Shown: positions 30,643 through 40,567, counted from the stretch's first letter. The stretch is DNA of 64,000 nt from Halobacteriovoraceae bacterium (GCA_963719505.1 CAVRCF010000002.1:128001-192000); one strand, 5' to 3'. A program made the numbers and translations. Notes: a model not told the origin generated them from the sequence alone.

Positions 30643-31869
30643 TTAAATTTCTGTAAAAGTCATATATTCGAATAAAACGACTCCATCTCCACCTCTACCA
30701 CCACTTCTGCAGTCAGCAGCATTTTTCTCTCCTCCAGCTCCACCTGATCCGGTAACACCAGACCTTCCGGACCTATTTGAGCTATAGGGAGCGCCTGGAT
30801 AGACGACATTCATAAATCGTGAGTCATAACCGTGACCGTGATTATTGCTTCTTGCTCTTCCTCCAGAGCCTGCACCGGCTGTAATTGTTATGGTGGGAAG
30901 TTGAAGAAAAGAAGTGTTACCGGCCCTTCCGTTATGTCGACTAAAGCGGCATCCACTACCTCTACCTCCGGCACCACCAGCTCCTTTTTGATATCTGATG
31001 ATATTTCCAGGAACGAGAGGATCTGTTTGAGATTTTACTAAAAATGTCTCAGAGCCGGCGGTTCCACCTGTACCATGATCGGCACAACCACAGCCACCTC
31101 CACCACCACCTCCAAGGATATTGGCCTTGAACGTTCCTTCGACAAAAGTAGAGGGCAGAGTATGAGTTCTTGGAGTTGTCGCCGTTTCATTGACCACAAT
31201 TCGTTTAAGTTCGTAGTTTTTTCCACAGATAGTTTGAGTGCCAGGGACACCTTTCCACTTCATAAACTGGCGTCTCATCTCACACTGGAGGCGAGTGTCC
31301 ACACAATCAGTATCCTGGATAGTTCCCCCAAGAGCTTCACAAGCGGAAAGAACAGCTCCGTCTAGTTGAGAGAAGCAGCGCTGTAGTGAGAGCGCTGAAA
31401 ATCTAGCTTCAAGAGCAAATTGTTTATTTGTCTGTCTCATTCCCGCGGCTGCATTAGCTTTTGAAAACTCGACCTGAAAATTTAAAAGATTTGGATTCGC
31501 CGTATCTCTGGTTGCATTCATGGCCGTAATTTCAATTGATGTATTGGGGATAAGAACTTTCGCACCCGGAGTTGAGAGTTCATAAACGGTCTCATTAGTT
31601 CCAGAGTTATTTCGAACAATTTCAGAAATGGGAACGGCCACTCCTGGACTAAAGGAGAGTCCACTAAAAGTAGCTGAGCAGTGCTGACTATTTAAAAGAA
31701 GTTTTTCTATATTACTAATCGTTGCACTTAATTCTAAAGAGGCTTTAGTGGAACTTTGAATTTTTTTTGAACTATCACCTAATTGGGCAATCACAAGAGC
31801 GATACCGGCCACAAAAGCCGCTGCGATAAGAGCACCAACCATCGAAAAACCATTTTCATCTTTTTTCAT
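30643..31869 (-). CDS. Prepilin-like protein 3 (no Glu+5) with C-terminal glycine-rich domain
   Basis: MKKDENG|FSMVGALIAAA; RCFSQLD core; ILGGGGGGG...GAGGAGG...GGRGGDGVVLFEY. Confidence 0.8.
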   Translation of the reverse strand: MKKDENGFSMVGALIAAAFVAGIALVIAQLGDSSKKIQSSTKASLELSATISNIEKLLLNSQHCSATFSGLSFSPGVAVPISEIVRNNSGTNETVYELSTPGAKVLIPNTSIEITAMNATRDTANPNLLNFQVEFSKANAAAGMRQTNKQFALEARFSALSLQRCFSQLDGAVLSACEALGGTIQDTDCVDTRLQCEMRRQFMKWKGVPGTQTICGKNYELKRIVVNETATTPRTHTLPSTFVEGTFKANILGGGGGGGCGCADHGTGGTAGSETFLVKSQTDPLVPGNIIRYQKGAGGAGGRGSGCRFSRHNGRAGNTSFLQLPTITITAGAGSGGRARSNNHGHGYDSRFMNVVYPGAPYSSNRSGRSGVTGSGGAGGEKNAADCRSGGRGGDGVVLFEYMTFTEI

Positions 31870-31879
31870 TTTTTATTCC

Positions 31880-32617
31880 TTATATCGTCGAGTACGGATA
31901 GTATGTTTGACCACATATTACTTTCGAGTTCGGGTAGCCTCGCATGAGATAATCTCTAATTTTTAACTCACAATCACCGCGGGTGAGTTCACAGTCAACT
32001 CCATTAAAAAATCCACCTAAAGAATCACAGTGAACTTTTTTGGTCGTCGCCAACTGAGAATAACACTTTTGAATATTTCCCGCTCCATCAAAGATGGCAT
32101 CTAGGGTAATGATCTTTTTTTGAGATCGAACAGCACCAGGGTTAAAGACGGCGTTGAATTTTTGCCCCACACTAGGCTTTGCAATTTCAATTTCAAAATT
32201 GACTGCATTTTCAGAAACACTACTTCGATAGGCTTTCATCTCTTTGATTTGAAGCTTAGAGCCCCGACTAACAAATGTATTGTCCGGGTCGGCAGAGTTT
32301 CCGACTCTATACTTGGGTATGTCCGGTATTGCAGGGTTGGAGGATTTAAGTATTATGGCGTCAATAGGGACGACAGTCCCATCGGCTGGGAGGGGGTAAC
32401 CCTCAAAAGTGGCGACGCAGTGTTTATTTTGACCAAGAGTCTTTTCAATCTGTCCAAAAATGGAAGCAACCTCAATGGAGAGTTCTAGATTTTTCTGGGT
32501 CTTTTGAGAGTCGACCATAAGTTGGCTAATGACCACAGCAATTCCGGCAGCCATCGCAACCCCCATGAGTAGCGAAACCAGAGATATCCCATTTTGATTT
32601 TGCGAAATTCTTTTCAT
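31880..32617 (-). CDS. Prepilin-like protein 4 (no Glu+5), core only
   Basis: SQNQNG|ISLVSLLMGVA; KCYSQL..C..GG..C core, short tail. Confidence 0.8.
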   Translation of the reverse strand: MKRISQNQNGISLVSLLMGVAMAAGIAVVISQLMVDSQKTQKNLELSIEVASIFGQIEKTLGQNKHCVATFEGYPLPADGTVVPIDAIILKSSNPAIPDIPKYRVGNSADPDNTFVSRGSKLQIKEMKAYRSSVSENAVNFEIEIAKPSVGQKFNAVFNPGAVRSQKKIITLDAIFDGAGNIQKCYSQLATTKKVHCDSLGGFFNGVDCELTRGDCELKIRDYLMRGYPNSKVICGQTYYPYSTI

Positions 32618-32688
32618 CCCTAATTATATACTCAAATCCTTAAACAATTCTATAAGGAAGTAGTTTCACGCACATAGGAAAAAGGGAT

Positions 32689-32707
32689 ATGCCACTAAAA
32701 AAGTGCA
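32689..32707. promoter_or_regulatory. Conserved upstream motif, copy 3
   Basis: ATGCCACTAAAAAAGTGCA; minus-strand TATAAT at 32623-32628. Confidence 0.45.
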
Positions 32708-32713
32708 AAAAGA

Positions 32714-33331
32714 CTAAAGAGCGGTAAAACTTATGCCAAACTTTGACTCAATTCGCTCTTTCTCTTCATTTGAAAAAGCATTTTGATCAAGGGAGAGAAT
32801 ATTGAGATTTTTACATTCTGTCATAAAGTCTGGAAGGTGGGTGAGTCCATTATTATCCAAGGTTAACCGGTTGAGCAAAGGAAGCTCCGTCACTTCTTGG
32901 GGGATCTCGACTATTTCATTTGAGGATAAATTGAGATTTTTAAGGGTGAGAAGGGCCTGAATATTTTGGGGAAATTTCTTCAGAAGATTTTTACTGAGGT
33001 TGATATCTGTTAAAACATTGCTGGCATTTAAAGGGATATAAAGACTTTGAATTCTCCCGCCTGACAGATTGAGGCTCGTCATATTTTTGAGCTTAAAAAG
33101 ATTCTCTGAGACACCGCAGAGTTTGGTGCTATTGATATATACAATTCTGACATTTTCTAAATCACTAATCCAATCAGGAATAGATTCGAGAGTTGTTGAA
33201 CGAATATAGAGTGTTTCAAGGTTTGGAAGTGCTGAAATCTCTTCGGGAAGAGTGGTTGTTTTTAAGTTGAGTTTTAAGCTTGAGACGGCACTGGCATTTT
33301 CAAAGGCTTTTTTTAAACTTTTTACTAACAT
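32714..33331 (-). CDS. Leucine-rich repeat protein
   Basis: Repeated LxxLxLxxNxLxxLP units. Confidence 0.9.
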   Translation of the reverse strand: MLVKSLKKAFENASAVSSLKLNLKTTTLPEEISALPNLETLYIRSTTLESIPDWISDLENVRIVYINSTKLCGVSENLFKLKNMTSLNLSGGRIQSLYIPLNASNVLTDINLSKNLLKKFPQNIQALLTLKNLNLSSNEIVEIPQEVTELPLLNRLTLDNNGLTHLPDFMTECKNLNILSLDQNAFSNEEKERIESKFGISFTAL

Positions 33332-33334
33332 GGC

Positions 33335-34516
33335 TTACTCTTGGGTTCCGGGGATTCCTAAAAAATAAAGGATGCTTGTCATCGGGCCATGACTCATATG
33401 TTGACCGGCATTTTCTTTGACTATTTCTTTGGCGTGAAAAGCGATACCAAGTCCCGCTTTTGCCAGCATTTTTAAATCATTTGCCCCATCGCCTATGGCC
33501 ACAACTTGCTCGAGATTTATGCTCTCTTGCTGCGCGAGCATCTCTAAAAGCATGGCTTTCTTATCAGCATCGACAATAGATCCCGAAACAATTCCTGTGA
33601 GCTTTCCCTCTTTAATTTCAAGCTCGTTGGCGAAGGCATAATCAAGCCCAAGATCTTTTTTAAAATGATCGGCAAAAAACTGAAACCCACCAGAGATGAT
33701 GGCAACTTTGTATCCTAAATTTTTAACGGTTTTGACAAACTCGGCGACACCGTCTGTGAGTTTAATTTGTTTTAAAACATCATTCATTTTAGACTCAGGC
33801 ATGCCTTTTAAAAGAGCGACTCTTTGTTTAAGACTTTCTGAAAAATCAAATTTTCCATTCATGGCCTCTTCAGTAATTCGATGAACTTCATCTCCCACTC
33901 CATGAACTTTTGCCATCTCGACAATCACTTCAGATTGAATAAGGGTGGAGTCCATATCAAAAACGATAAGGCGCTTATTCCAGCGCCAGACATTGTCTCT
34001 TAAAAGGGCGAGATCAGTTTTGTGTTTATTAGAAATACGAATCAGTTTCTTTTTTATATTCGTCCAGTCAATATCATTTGTTTGTGCTCTCATGGCAATA
34101 TCAAGAGACTTAAACTCATCTTCTGTAATATTGTCGATTCTTTGAATATTGATACTACTTTGAGCTAGAGTTGAGGAGATATCTTCAAGAAACTCCGCTT
34201 GGAGTCCATTTTGATTTACAACTGAGATGATGTATTTGTCACCGGATTTCTTTATAGAGCCGTGATCGTCAACCACTTCAAAATCCAAATTCATTTTCAT
34301 TTTTTTTGCAATAAAAAAAAGATCTTTTAAAAGAGGGGAGTCTTCAATTTCTACTGCTTCAATGGATAGAAGGATATTTAAAGATAAAAATCCATGAGTT
34401 ATTGATTGTCCCATGTCTTCAATCTGCGCATGATTCTCTCTTATGCATTTCATAAGACCCGCTGTCACTCCGGGGTGATCTTGTCCTGTGACGAAAATGA
34501 GCACCATATTTTTCAC
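33335..34516 (-). CDS. serB: Phosphoserine phosphatase with ACT domains
   Basis: GQDHPG ACT domain; FDMDSTLIQ, ISGGF, GDGAND HAD motifs. Confidence 0.95.
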   Translation of the reverse strand: MKNMVLIFVTGQDHPGVTAGLMKCIRENHAQIEDMGQSITHGFLSLNILLSIEAVEIEDSPLLKDLFFIAKKMKMNLDFEVVDDHGSIKKSGDKYIISVVNQNGLQAEFLEDISSTLAQSSINIQRIDNITEDEFKSLDIAMRAQTNDIDWTNIKKKLIRISNKHKTDLALLRDNVWRWNKRLIVFDMDSTLIQSEVIVEMAKVHGVGDEVHRITEEAMNGKFDFSESLKQRVALLKGMPESKMNDVLKQIKLTDGVAEFVKTVKNLGYKVAIISGGFQFFADHFKKDLGLDYAFANELEIKEGKLTGIVSGSIVDADKKAMLLEMLAQQESINLEQVVAIGDGANDLKMLAKAGLGIAFHAKEIVKENAGQHMSHGPMTSILYFLGIPGTQE

Positions 34517-35166
34517 GGAGTTTGCTTCTCCATCTTACGAAGTTTCTTCGCTTCTTTTTTCGCCATTCGATCTTGTTTCAGTTTTCTCACCATCGAGATG
34601 GAATAGAGAACTGCTGACCAAAGGGAAATAATCGAAGCTATATAAATAAAGAGAATTCCCATTTTTGGAAAAGGAAAGATCCACCAGTCTTCATTACACA
34701 TAAGCATGGGGATTCCCACCATCATGGTCGCGGTTTTCCACTTCCCAAGACTGTTTACAGGAACAGTTATCCCTTCATTCATGGCCAAAAGGCGCAGTGA
34801 AGTCATATACATTTCTCGAAGAACCAAGATAATGACCACGATAGAAGAAATTCTTCCCAAGGCCAAAAGCATAATAAGACTTGAGACGGTGATAAACTTA
34901 TCAGCGATCGGATCTAAGAAAGATCCAAAGACTGTTACGATATTTCTTTTTCGTGCAATATAGCCATCAAAAAAATCTGTGATAGAGGCGACAGTGAAAA
35001 TCCAGGCTGCGGCCCATCCAAAAAGACTCGACGTTTCTTGAGCAAAGAAGTCAGCTTCAAGCTTAACCACAAGCAGACAACCAATGACCAAGGGGATCAT
35101 GAGAACACGAAAGATCGTTATTCTGTTGGGGAGGTTGTCAATTTCGAGATCGTTTACGTCTGACAT
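34513..35166 (-). CDS. pgsA: CDP-diacylglycerol--glycerol-3-phosphate 3-phosphatidyltransferase
   Basis: NLPNRIT, TDFFDGYIAR...G.FLDPIADK, GKWKT. Confidence 0.92.
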   Translation of the reverse strand: MSDVNDLEIDNLPNRITIFRVLMIPLVIGCLLVVKLEADFFAQETSSLFGWAAAWIFTVASITDFFDGYIARKRNIVTVFGSFLDPIADKFITVSSLIMLLALGRISSIVVIILVLREMYMTSLRLLAMNEGITVPVNSLGKWKTATMMVGIPMLMCNEDWWIFPFPKMGILFIYIASIISLWSAVLYSISMVRKLKQDRMAKKEAKKLRKMEKQTP

Positions 35167-35296
35167 ATTTCTAATATAACAATGAAAATTCGTGAAGCCT
35201 AATTTTTTCCTACTAACTTTTTAAAAAGCAGGTACTTATAATGGTAGGACATTAATAAATATATAATTTGCTGCGATACAAAAAAGGAAAGGTAAG

Positions 35297-36016
35297 ATGG
35301 CCCATTTAAATTTGGTTAAAAGTGACTTTGAGCAATTGGAGAAAAAAGTTTTCCCAAGGTTTCCGTTTTGTTATCTCACGTTTAAGTGTGATGAATACGA
35401 CACTCACGTTTTTGAAGTTAAAGATATCTCTCAAACTGGTATGCAACTAGCTCTTGCAAACGGTGAGCATAAAATCGGCGAAGAAAAAAAGATCAATGGA
35501 ACTCTTCAGTGGTCGGGAATAAAACTCGAAGTCTCAGCACAGGTGAAATGGACAACTAAAAGACGTTTGGGTGTTGAATTTAGCACCAAACCCAGCCACC
35601 GAGAGAGCATTTCAGATTTTCTATCGGTTCAAAATTTCGCCAAGCTTTTAAAACCAGTTCATAAAATGGAATTTGGTTTCGAGACGCCACCAAGACTTAA
35701 ATACTGGCTTCGATGCGATGGACCTGTTGAGCTTTTTGTTTGGCAACATAGCGATGGAGAACTGGCCCAGTTTGAGATTTTGATTATGGAAAACTATATT
35801 CAGTGGAAAGATGGACAAGGGCTTAAGACGGCCAGAATCATCTCAAAAAGAGATGTGGATACTCCTTTAATTACTGAAGATGAATTTGTGATAAAAGTTG
35901 ATTCGGTGATTGATGATAATAAAGTTGATCTCGCAAGTGCGCTGATTACTCATGTGGATGGAGATCTTTTAACCGATCAATGCGTAGACTTCATAAAAAT
36001 GAAACTTGGATTATAG
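35297..36016 (+). CDS. PilZ-like domain protein
   Basis: KVFPRFP and DISQTG (RxxxR-like and DxSxxG motifs), VKW...LGVEF. Confidence 0.7.
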   Translation: MAHLNLVKSDFEQLEKKVFPRFPFCYLTFKCDEYDTHVFEVKDISQTGMQLALANGEHKIGEEKKINGTLQWSGIKLEVSAQVKWTTKRRLGVEFSTKPSHRESISDFLSVQNFAKLLKPVHKMEFGFETPPRLKYWLRCDGPVELFVWQHSDGELAQFEILIMENYIQWKDGQGLKTARIISKRDVDTPLITEDEFVIKVDSVIDDNKVDLASALITHVDGDLLTDQCVDFIKMKLGL

Positions 36017-36067
36017 TAGGCATCTTGCTAGAATCAAAAAAGACAAAAATCAATAAAAGGAAATAAA

Positions 36068-37021
36068 GTGAATAGAAACTTAGCACTAGAGTTTGTTAGA
36101 GTAACAGAGATGGCCGCACTTGCTTCGGCGAGACTAATGGGAAGAGGCGATGAGAAAGCCGCTGACCAGGCAGCTGTTGATGCCATGAGATCAATGCTCG
36201 ATTCAGTTGAATGCGATGCTACTATCGTGATCGGTGAAGGTGAAAGAGATGAAGCTCCCATGCTCTTTATCGGAGAAAAAGTGGGAAGTGGAAATGGACA
36301 AAAACTTGAAATAGCTGTCGATCCTCTCGAGGGAACAACGATCTGTGCCGTCGGTGGTTATAATTCAATCTCAGTTATGGCCATCGGAGAGAAGGGCAAT
36401 CTGATGAATGCTCCTGATACTTATATGAATAAGATCGCCGTGGGCCCCAGTGCTAAAGGTGTTATTGATATTACTATGTCGCCCACTGAAAATATTAAAA
36501 GAGTGGCCGATGCAAAAAAATGTAGAGTCCAAGACCTTACGGCCATGGTGCTGGATAGACCAAGACACGAAGAACTTATTAAAGAACTTAGAAAGACGGG
36601 GTGTCGAATTCACCTCATTGGTGACGGAGACGTTTCGGCGGCTATTGCCACGGCTCTTCCCGATTCAGGAATCGATATCCTTTTTGGTATTGGTGGTGCA
36701 CCTGAAGGCGTGATCGCTGCGGCGGCGCTTAGATGCTTGGGTGGAGATTTTCAAGGAGTTTTCGTTCCTCGAAATGACGATGAAGTTGTCCGAGCAAAAA
36801 AAATGGGTGTAGAGGATATTAATAAAATTTTAAATATTGATGATCTTGCTTGTGGAAATGTCATGTTTGTTGCAACTGGCGTTACAGATGGCTCGCTGCT
36901 TGATGGTGTAAAGTTTAAACCTTGGGGTGCGGAAACTCATTCCATCGTTATGCGGAGTGAGTCAGGTACGATACGTCATATTAGAGCTGAGCACCACTTC
37001 GATAAAAAACCGCGTTACTAG
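36068..37021 (+). CDS. glpX: Class II fructose-1,6-bisphosphatase
   Basis: VIGEGERDEAPML, AVDPLEGT, DRPRH, GGAPEG. Confidence 0.96.
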   Translation: MNRNLALEFVRVTEMAALASARLMGRGDEKAADQAAVDAMRSMLDSVECDATIVIGEGERDEAPMLFIGEKVGSGNGQKLEIAVDPLEGTTICAVGGYNSISVMAIGEKGNLMNAPDTYMNKIAVGPSAKGVIDITMSPTENIKRVADAKKCRVQDLTAMVLDRPRHEELIKELRKTGCRIHLIGDGDVSAAIATALPDSGIDILFGIGGAPEGVIAAAALRCLGGDFQGVFVPRNDDEVVRAKKMGVEDINKILNIDDLACGNVMFVATGVTDGSLLDGVKFKPWGAETHSIVMRSESGTIRHIRAEHHFDKKPRY

Positions 37022-37131
37022 GAAGCTAAGGGGGGATGTTCATTTCTTCCCCCTTGGACAAAATCTCCATCAGGGTGTATTTTTAGAACTCAAAATTTCT
37101 GAGATTTCTCAAAAGTGTGGAGCCCTATATT

Positions 37132-38019
37132 ATGAAAAAAATTTCATCTCTTTTTATTTTTTTATTTCTCTGCTCTTTCACTGAGGCCCATTCAAATTAT
37201 CAAATGAGCATCGCCACTTTAAATACATGGATGATTCCCGTTTTGCGAAAAAAAGCAAATGAGAGGGCTTCTTTTATTGGAGAGGCCCTGGCTCAATATG
37301 ATGGAGCATTCTTTCAAGAAGTTTTCAGCAAAAAACAAAAAAGAATTTTTAAAAGAAAGTTATCAGACTTTGATTCTTATGAGGATAGAAGACCACTTGG
37401 GAAGATTACCTCTGGTCTTTTAAGTTTTAGCCGCTTTCCGATCATTGAGAAAAAATTTATAAGATATAGAAAATGTAAACTCGCTCAGTGTTTTGCCAAT
37501 AAAGGTGTTTTGCTAACCAGAGTTAAAATTTCTGAGAATGTGGAGTTGGATGTCTACAACACCCACACTGAACCTTTTTCAGATAGAGCTTGGATTAGAG
37601 AGAGACAGATAAAACAACTTTTGGCCTTTGTTGAAAGTAATGATCCTTTAAAGATGAATCCGGCTATCATCCTAGGGGATTTAAATATTCATTCAGAGAC
37701 TGAAGAGTACGTCGTAATAAATTCTCTTTTAGAGCAGGTGGGTTTTAGGGATTCATGGGTTGAAGTTAACGGCAACGATCCTGGATTTACCTGGAACTCC
37801 ATTCTTAATGAGTGGGGGCAAAGGCTCCATAGAAAGCCTCAAAATCGTACAAAAGAGAGACTTGACTATATTTATGTAAGAGATGGCGTTCATTCTCAAA
37901 TTGCCTTAGATGAGGTGGAATTGATTCTGGATCAAAAGGTGAAACTCAGACCAAATGATGGGGTGACCCATTTTGTGAGTGATCATTTTGGTGTCGGGGC
38001 AAAGCTTACTTTGTACTAA
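37132..38019 (+). CDS. Secreted endonuclease/exonuclease/phosphatase family protein (sphingomyelinase-like)
   Basis: FQEV, SGLL, NKG, NTH, GDLN, RLDYI, SDH motifs; signal peptide. Confidence 0.85.
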   Translation: MKKISSLFIFLFLCSFTEAHSNYQMSIATLNTWMIPVLRKKANERASFIGEALAQYDGAFFQEVFSKKQKRIFKRKLSDFDSYEDRRPLGKITSGLLSFSRFPIIEKKFIRYRKCKLAQCFANKGVLLTRVKISENVELDVYNTHTEPFSDRAWIRERQIKQLLAFVESNDPLKMNPAIILGDLNIHSETEEYVVINSLLEQVGFRDSWVEVNGNDPGFTWNSILNEWGQRLHRKPQNRTKERLDYIYVRDGVHSQIALDEVELILDQKVKLRPNDGVTHFVSDHFGVGAKLTLY

Positions 38020-38130
38020 TTAGTTAAGCTCATTAGTCAGCCTTTTATAAGAAAGATTTCCCCAAGTTTTAAAATTGAAAATTCTTGATACAATTAGACA
38101 ATAAATAGTTTTAAACCTTGGAGACAATAA

Positions 38131-38556
38131 ATGGCATCAGCACAAAGAGTTGAAACATTCGAAACAACACCTGAAAATATTTACAAAGTTTTGACCGACT
38201 ATGAAGGTTACGCCGATTTTATGGACGGAGTAAAATCTGTTAGTGTGATTGAGCGAAAGGGTAATAGTGCGAAAGTCGAATACAATATTAATATCATTAA
38301 AAAGTTCTCTTATGTTTTAACAAGTACAGAAGTTGAAAATGAGAAGGTTTCTTGGAGTTTTGATTCTGGAGATCTTTTTAGTTCCAATAATGGTTCTTGG
38401 ACTCTTAAAGATAATGGGGACGGAACGACAGAAGTTACTTATAATATCGATATTGATTTTAAAGTTAAAGTTCCTGGAATGATTTCTAAAAAATTAGTCT
38501 CAAGTAATCTGCCATCAATGATGAAGTCGGTTCATAAAAGAGCGAAGTCCCTTTAA
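38131..38556 (+). CDS. SRPBCC/polyketide cyclase-like (Coq10/RatA-type) protein
   Basis: IYKVLTDYEGYADF, GSWTL motifs; 141 aa. Confidence 0.8.
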   Translation: MASAQRVETFETTPENIYKVLTDYEGYADFMDGVKSVSVIERKGNSAKVEYNINIIKKFSYVLTSTEVENEKVSWSFDSGDLFSSNNGSWTLKDNGDGTTEVTYNIDIDFKVKVPGMISKKLVSSNLPSMMKSVHKRAKSL

Positions 38557-38573
38557 GATTTAAGGAAGAGAAA

Positions 38574-38909
38574 ATGGAAGAAAAAGAAAAAAAACATATT
38601 ACGGATATCTTTAAAAAGGTTGTGAGCACCGGCATTAGTGCAGCGTTTATGACTGAAGATGCTGTAAAGAATCTGATTCAAGATCTTCCACTGCCAAAAG
38701 AGATGGCCCAAGGTCTGTTGCAAAACGCCAAGCAAACCAAAGAAGAGTTTGTGGGCTCAGTTAAAAATGAATTAAAAAGTTATCTGGATAAAATTGATCT
38801 CACCAAAGAGATCGATAGAGTGCTGGATAATTACGATTTAGAAATTAAGGCCAATATCAAGTTCAATAAAAAGAAAACTAAAACTAAAACAAAGAAAAAA
38901 TCAGAGTAA
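38574..38909 (+). CDS. Hypothetical protein
   Basis: 111-aa ORF with RBS, in operon context. Confidence 0.7.
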   Translation: MEEKEKKHITDIFKKVVSTGISAAFMTEDAVKNLIQDLPLPKEMAQGLLQNAKQTKEEFVGSVKNELKSYLDKIDLTKEIDRVLDNYDLEIKANIKFNKKKTKTKTKKKSE

Positions 38910-38912
38910 TTT

Positions 38913-39572
38913 ATTCCGACCATCAAAGAGAATCTCGATTTTTTTAATAAACAACTGGGACAGGCAAAGCTTTTGGCCGTCTCTAAAACGAAAAGTGCCG
39001 AGGCGATTAAAAGCGCCTATGAAGCCGGTCAAAGAGACTTTGGTGAAAATAAGGTGCAGGAGCTGGCCCAAAAAGCCCAGCTTCTATGTGAAGAGTGTCC
39101 AAATATCAATTGGCACTTTATTGGCTCTCTTCAGTCTAATAAAATCAATAGTTTATTAAAGGTTCCCAACCTCGTATCTATTCATTCCATCGACAGTATC
39201 AAATTATTGAATAAGTTATTGAGTAAAAAGACTGATAAAAAGATCGGAGTCTTTCTCCAGGTCAACACCTCGGGTGAGGATGAAAAGTCGGGCTTTGAAG
39301 ATTTTGAACAACTCTCTGTTGCGGCCATGAGCATAAAGTCTGAAAGCTTTTACTTTCAAGGATTAATGACCATAGGAAAAATTCGAACGGATGAGTTCGA
39401 AAGTGACGCAAAAGCTTGTTTTTTAAGATTAAATGAGTATAAAGAGAGACTAAATAGTGATGATTTAGAACTATCCATGGGGATGAGTTCAGATTTCAAA
39501 ATTGCCATCGAGTGCGGATCAAATTGGGTTCGTATTGGATCGGGAATTTTTGGCCTAAGAGGCCAAGGTTAA
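38913..39572 (+). CDS. yggS: PLP homeostasis protein YggS (start codon uncertain)
   Basis: LLAVSKTK, FGENKVQE, WHFIGSLQSNK, GLMT, LSMGMS, VRIGSGIFG. Confidence 0.92.
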   Translation: MPTIKENLDFFNKQLGQAKLLAVSKTKSAEAIKSAYEAGQRDFGENKVQELAQKAQLLCEECPNINWHFIGSLQSNKINSLLKVPNLVSIHSIDSIKLLNKLLSKKTDKKIGVFLQVNTSGEDEKSGFEDFEQLSVAAMSIKSESFYFQGLMTIGKIRTDEFESDAKACFLRLNEYKERLNSDDLELSMGMSSDFKIAIECGSNWVRIGSGIFGLRGQG

Positions 39573-39583
39573 GGAGATAAAGA

Positions 39584-40534
39584 ATGGGTGACGATTCGAG
39601 AAAAGTTCCAGAGTTAAGTTTATTAAAATATGTAAACGGAAACGAGTCTGAAAAAGCTGAATTTGTTAAAAACCTCTATACAGGGATTAAAGACTACGGC
39701 TTTATTATTCTTACAGATCATACGATGACTCAATCTGCGGTTGATAAAGGCTATGCAGCTTCAAAAGCTTTCTTTGCTCTTTCAAAAGAAGAAAAAGAAG
39801 CTTGTATCTCTTCCGCTGGAGCTGGTCAGCGTGGTTATACGCCCTTTGGAACTGAGCACGCTAAAGACAATCCTTATAAAGATTTAAAAGAGTTTTACCA
39901 TGTTGGACGTGAAGTCCCAGACGATCATCCTTATGCTAAATACTACCCAAAAAATATTTATCCCACTCAAGTTGATAATTTTAAAGAAGACATGCTCGCT
40001 ATTTATAATGAGCTGGATAAAACATCTGAAATTCTTTTAGAGGCCCTTGGAATTGCTCTTGATGTGCCTAAAGATTATTTTCATAAAATGATTCATGAGG
40101 GGAATTCTGTTCTTCGTGCTATTCATTACCCTCCAGTTGGAGAAGCTCCTCCTGAAGGATCTATCCGTGCGGCGGCCCATGGTGATATCAATCTTATTAC
40201 GATTTTAATGGGAGCAACAGCTTCTGGACTTCAACTATTAGACAGAGACGGAACTTGGTTAGATGTTAACTCTAAAGAGGGACAACTTGTGGTTGATGCT
40301 GGAGATATGCTTAGTCGAATCACAAATGATATTATTCCAGCGACTATTCACCGAGTGATAAATCCAAAAGATGCGACCAGTGCGCGCTTTTCAGCACCAT
40401 TTTTTGTTCATCCACACCCAGAGGCGATGTTAGAATGCATTCCAAGCTGTGAAGGTGATGGTGCCAAATATCCACCGATTTCAAGTCATGACTGTTTAAC
40501 CAAGAGGTTAAAAGACATTGGATTATTGAAGTAA
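39584..40534 (+). CDS. 2OG-Fe(II) oxygenase, isopenicillin N synthase family
   Basis: GQRGY, DLKE, LRAIHYPP, HGD, HRV, RFS. Confidence 0.9.
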   Translation: MGDDSRKVPELSLLKYVNGNESEKAEFVKNLYTGIKDYGFIILTDHTMTQSAVDKGYAASKAFFALSKEEKEACISSAGAGQRGYTPFGTEHAKDNPYKDLKEFYHVGREVPDDHPYAKYYPKNIYPTQVDNFKEDMLAIYNELDKTSEILLEALGIALDVPKDYFHKMIHEGNSVLRAIHYPPVGEAPPEGSIRAAAHGDINLITILMGATASGLQLLDRDGTWLDVNSKEGQLVVDAGDMLSRITNDIIPATIHRVINPKDATSARFSAPFFVHPHPEAMLECIPSCEGDGAKYPPISSHDCLTKRLKDIGLLK

Positions 40535-40567
40535 GGTCTTAATTTTAAAACATTTATAGTCATCAAT

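Noticed and set aside
22508-38909. TAA reassignment suggested by in-frame TAA codons
   Set aside because: TAA is the normal stop for most genes in the window.
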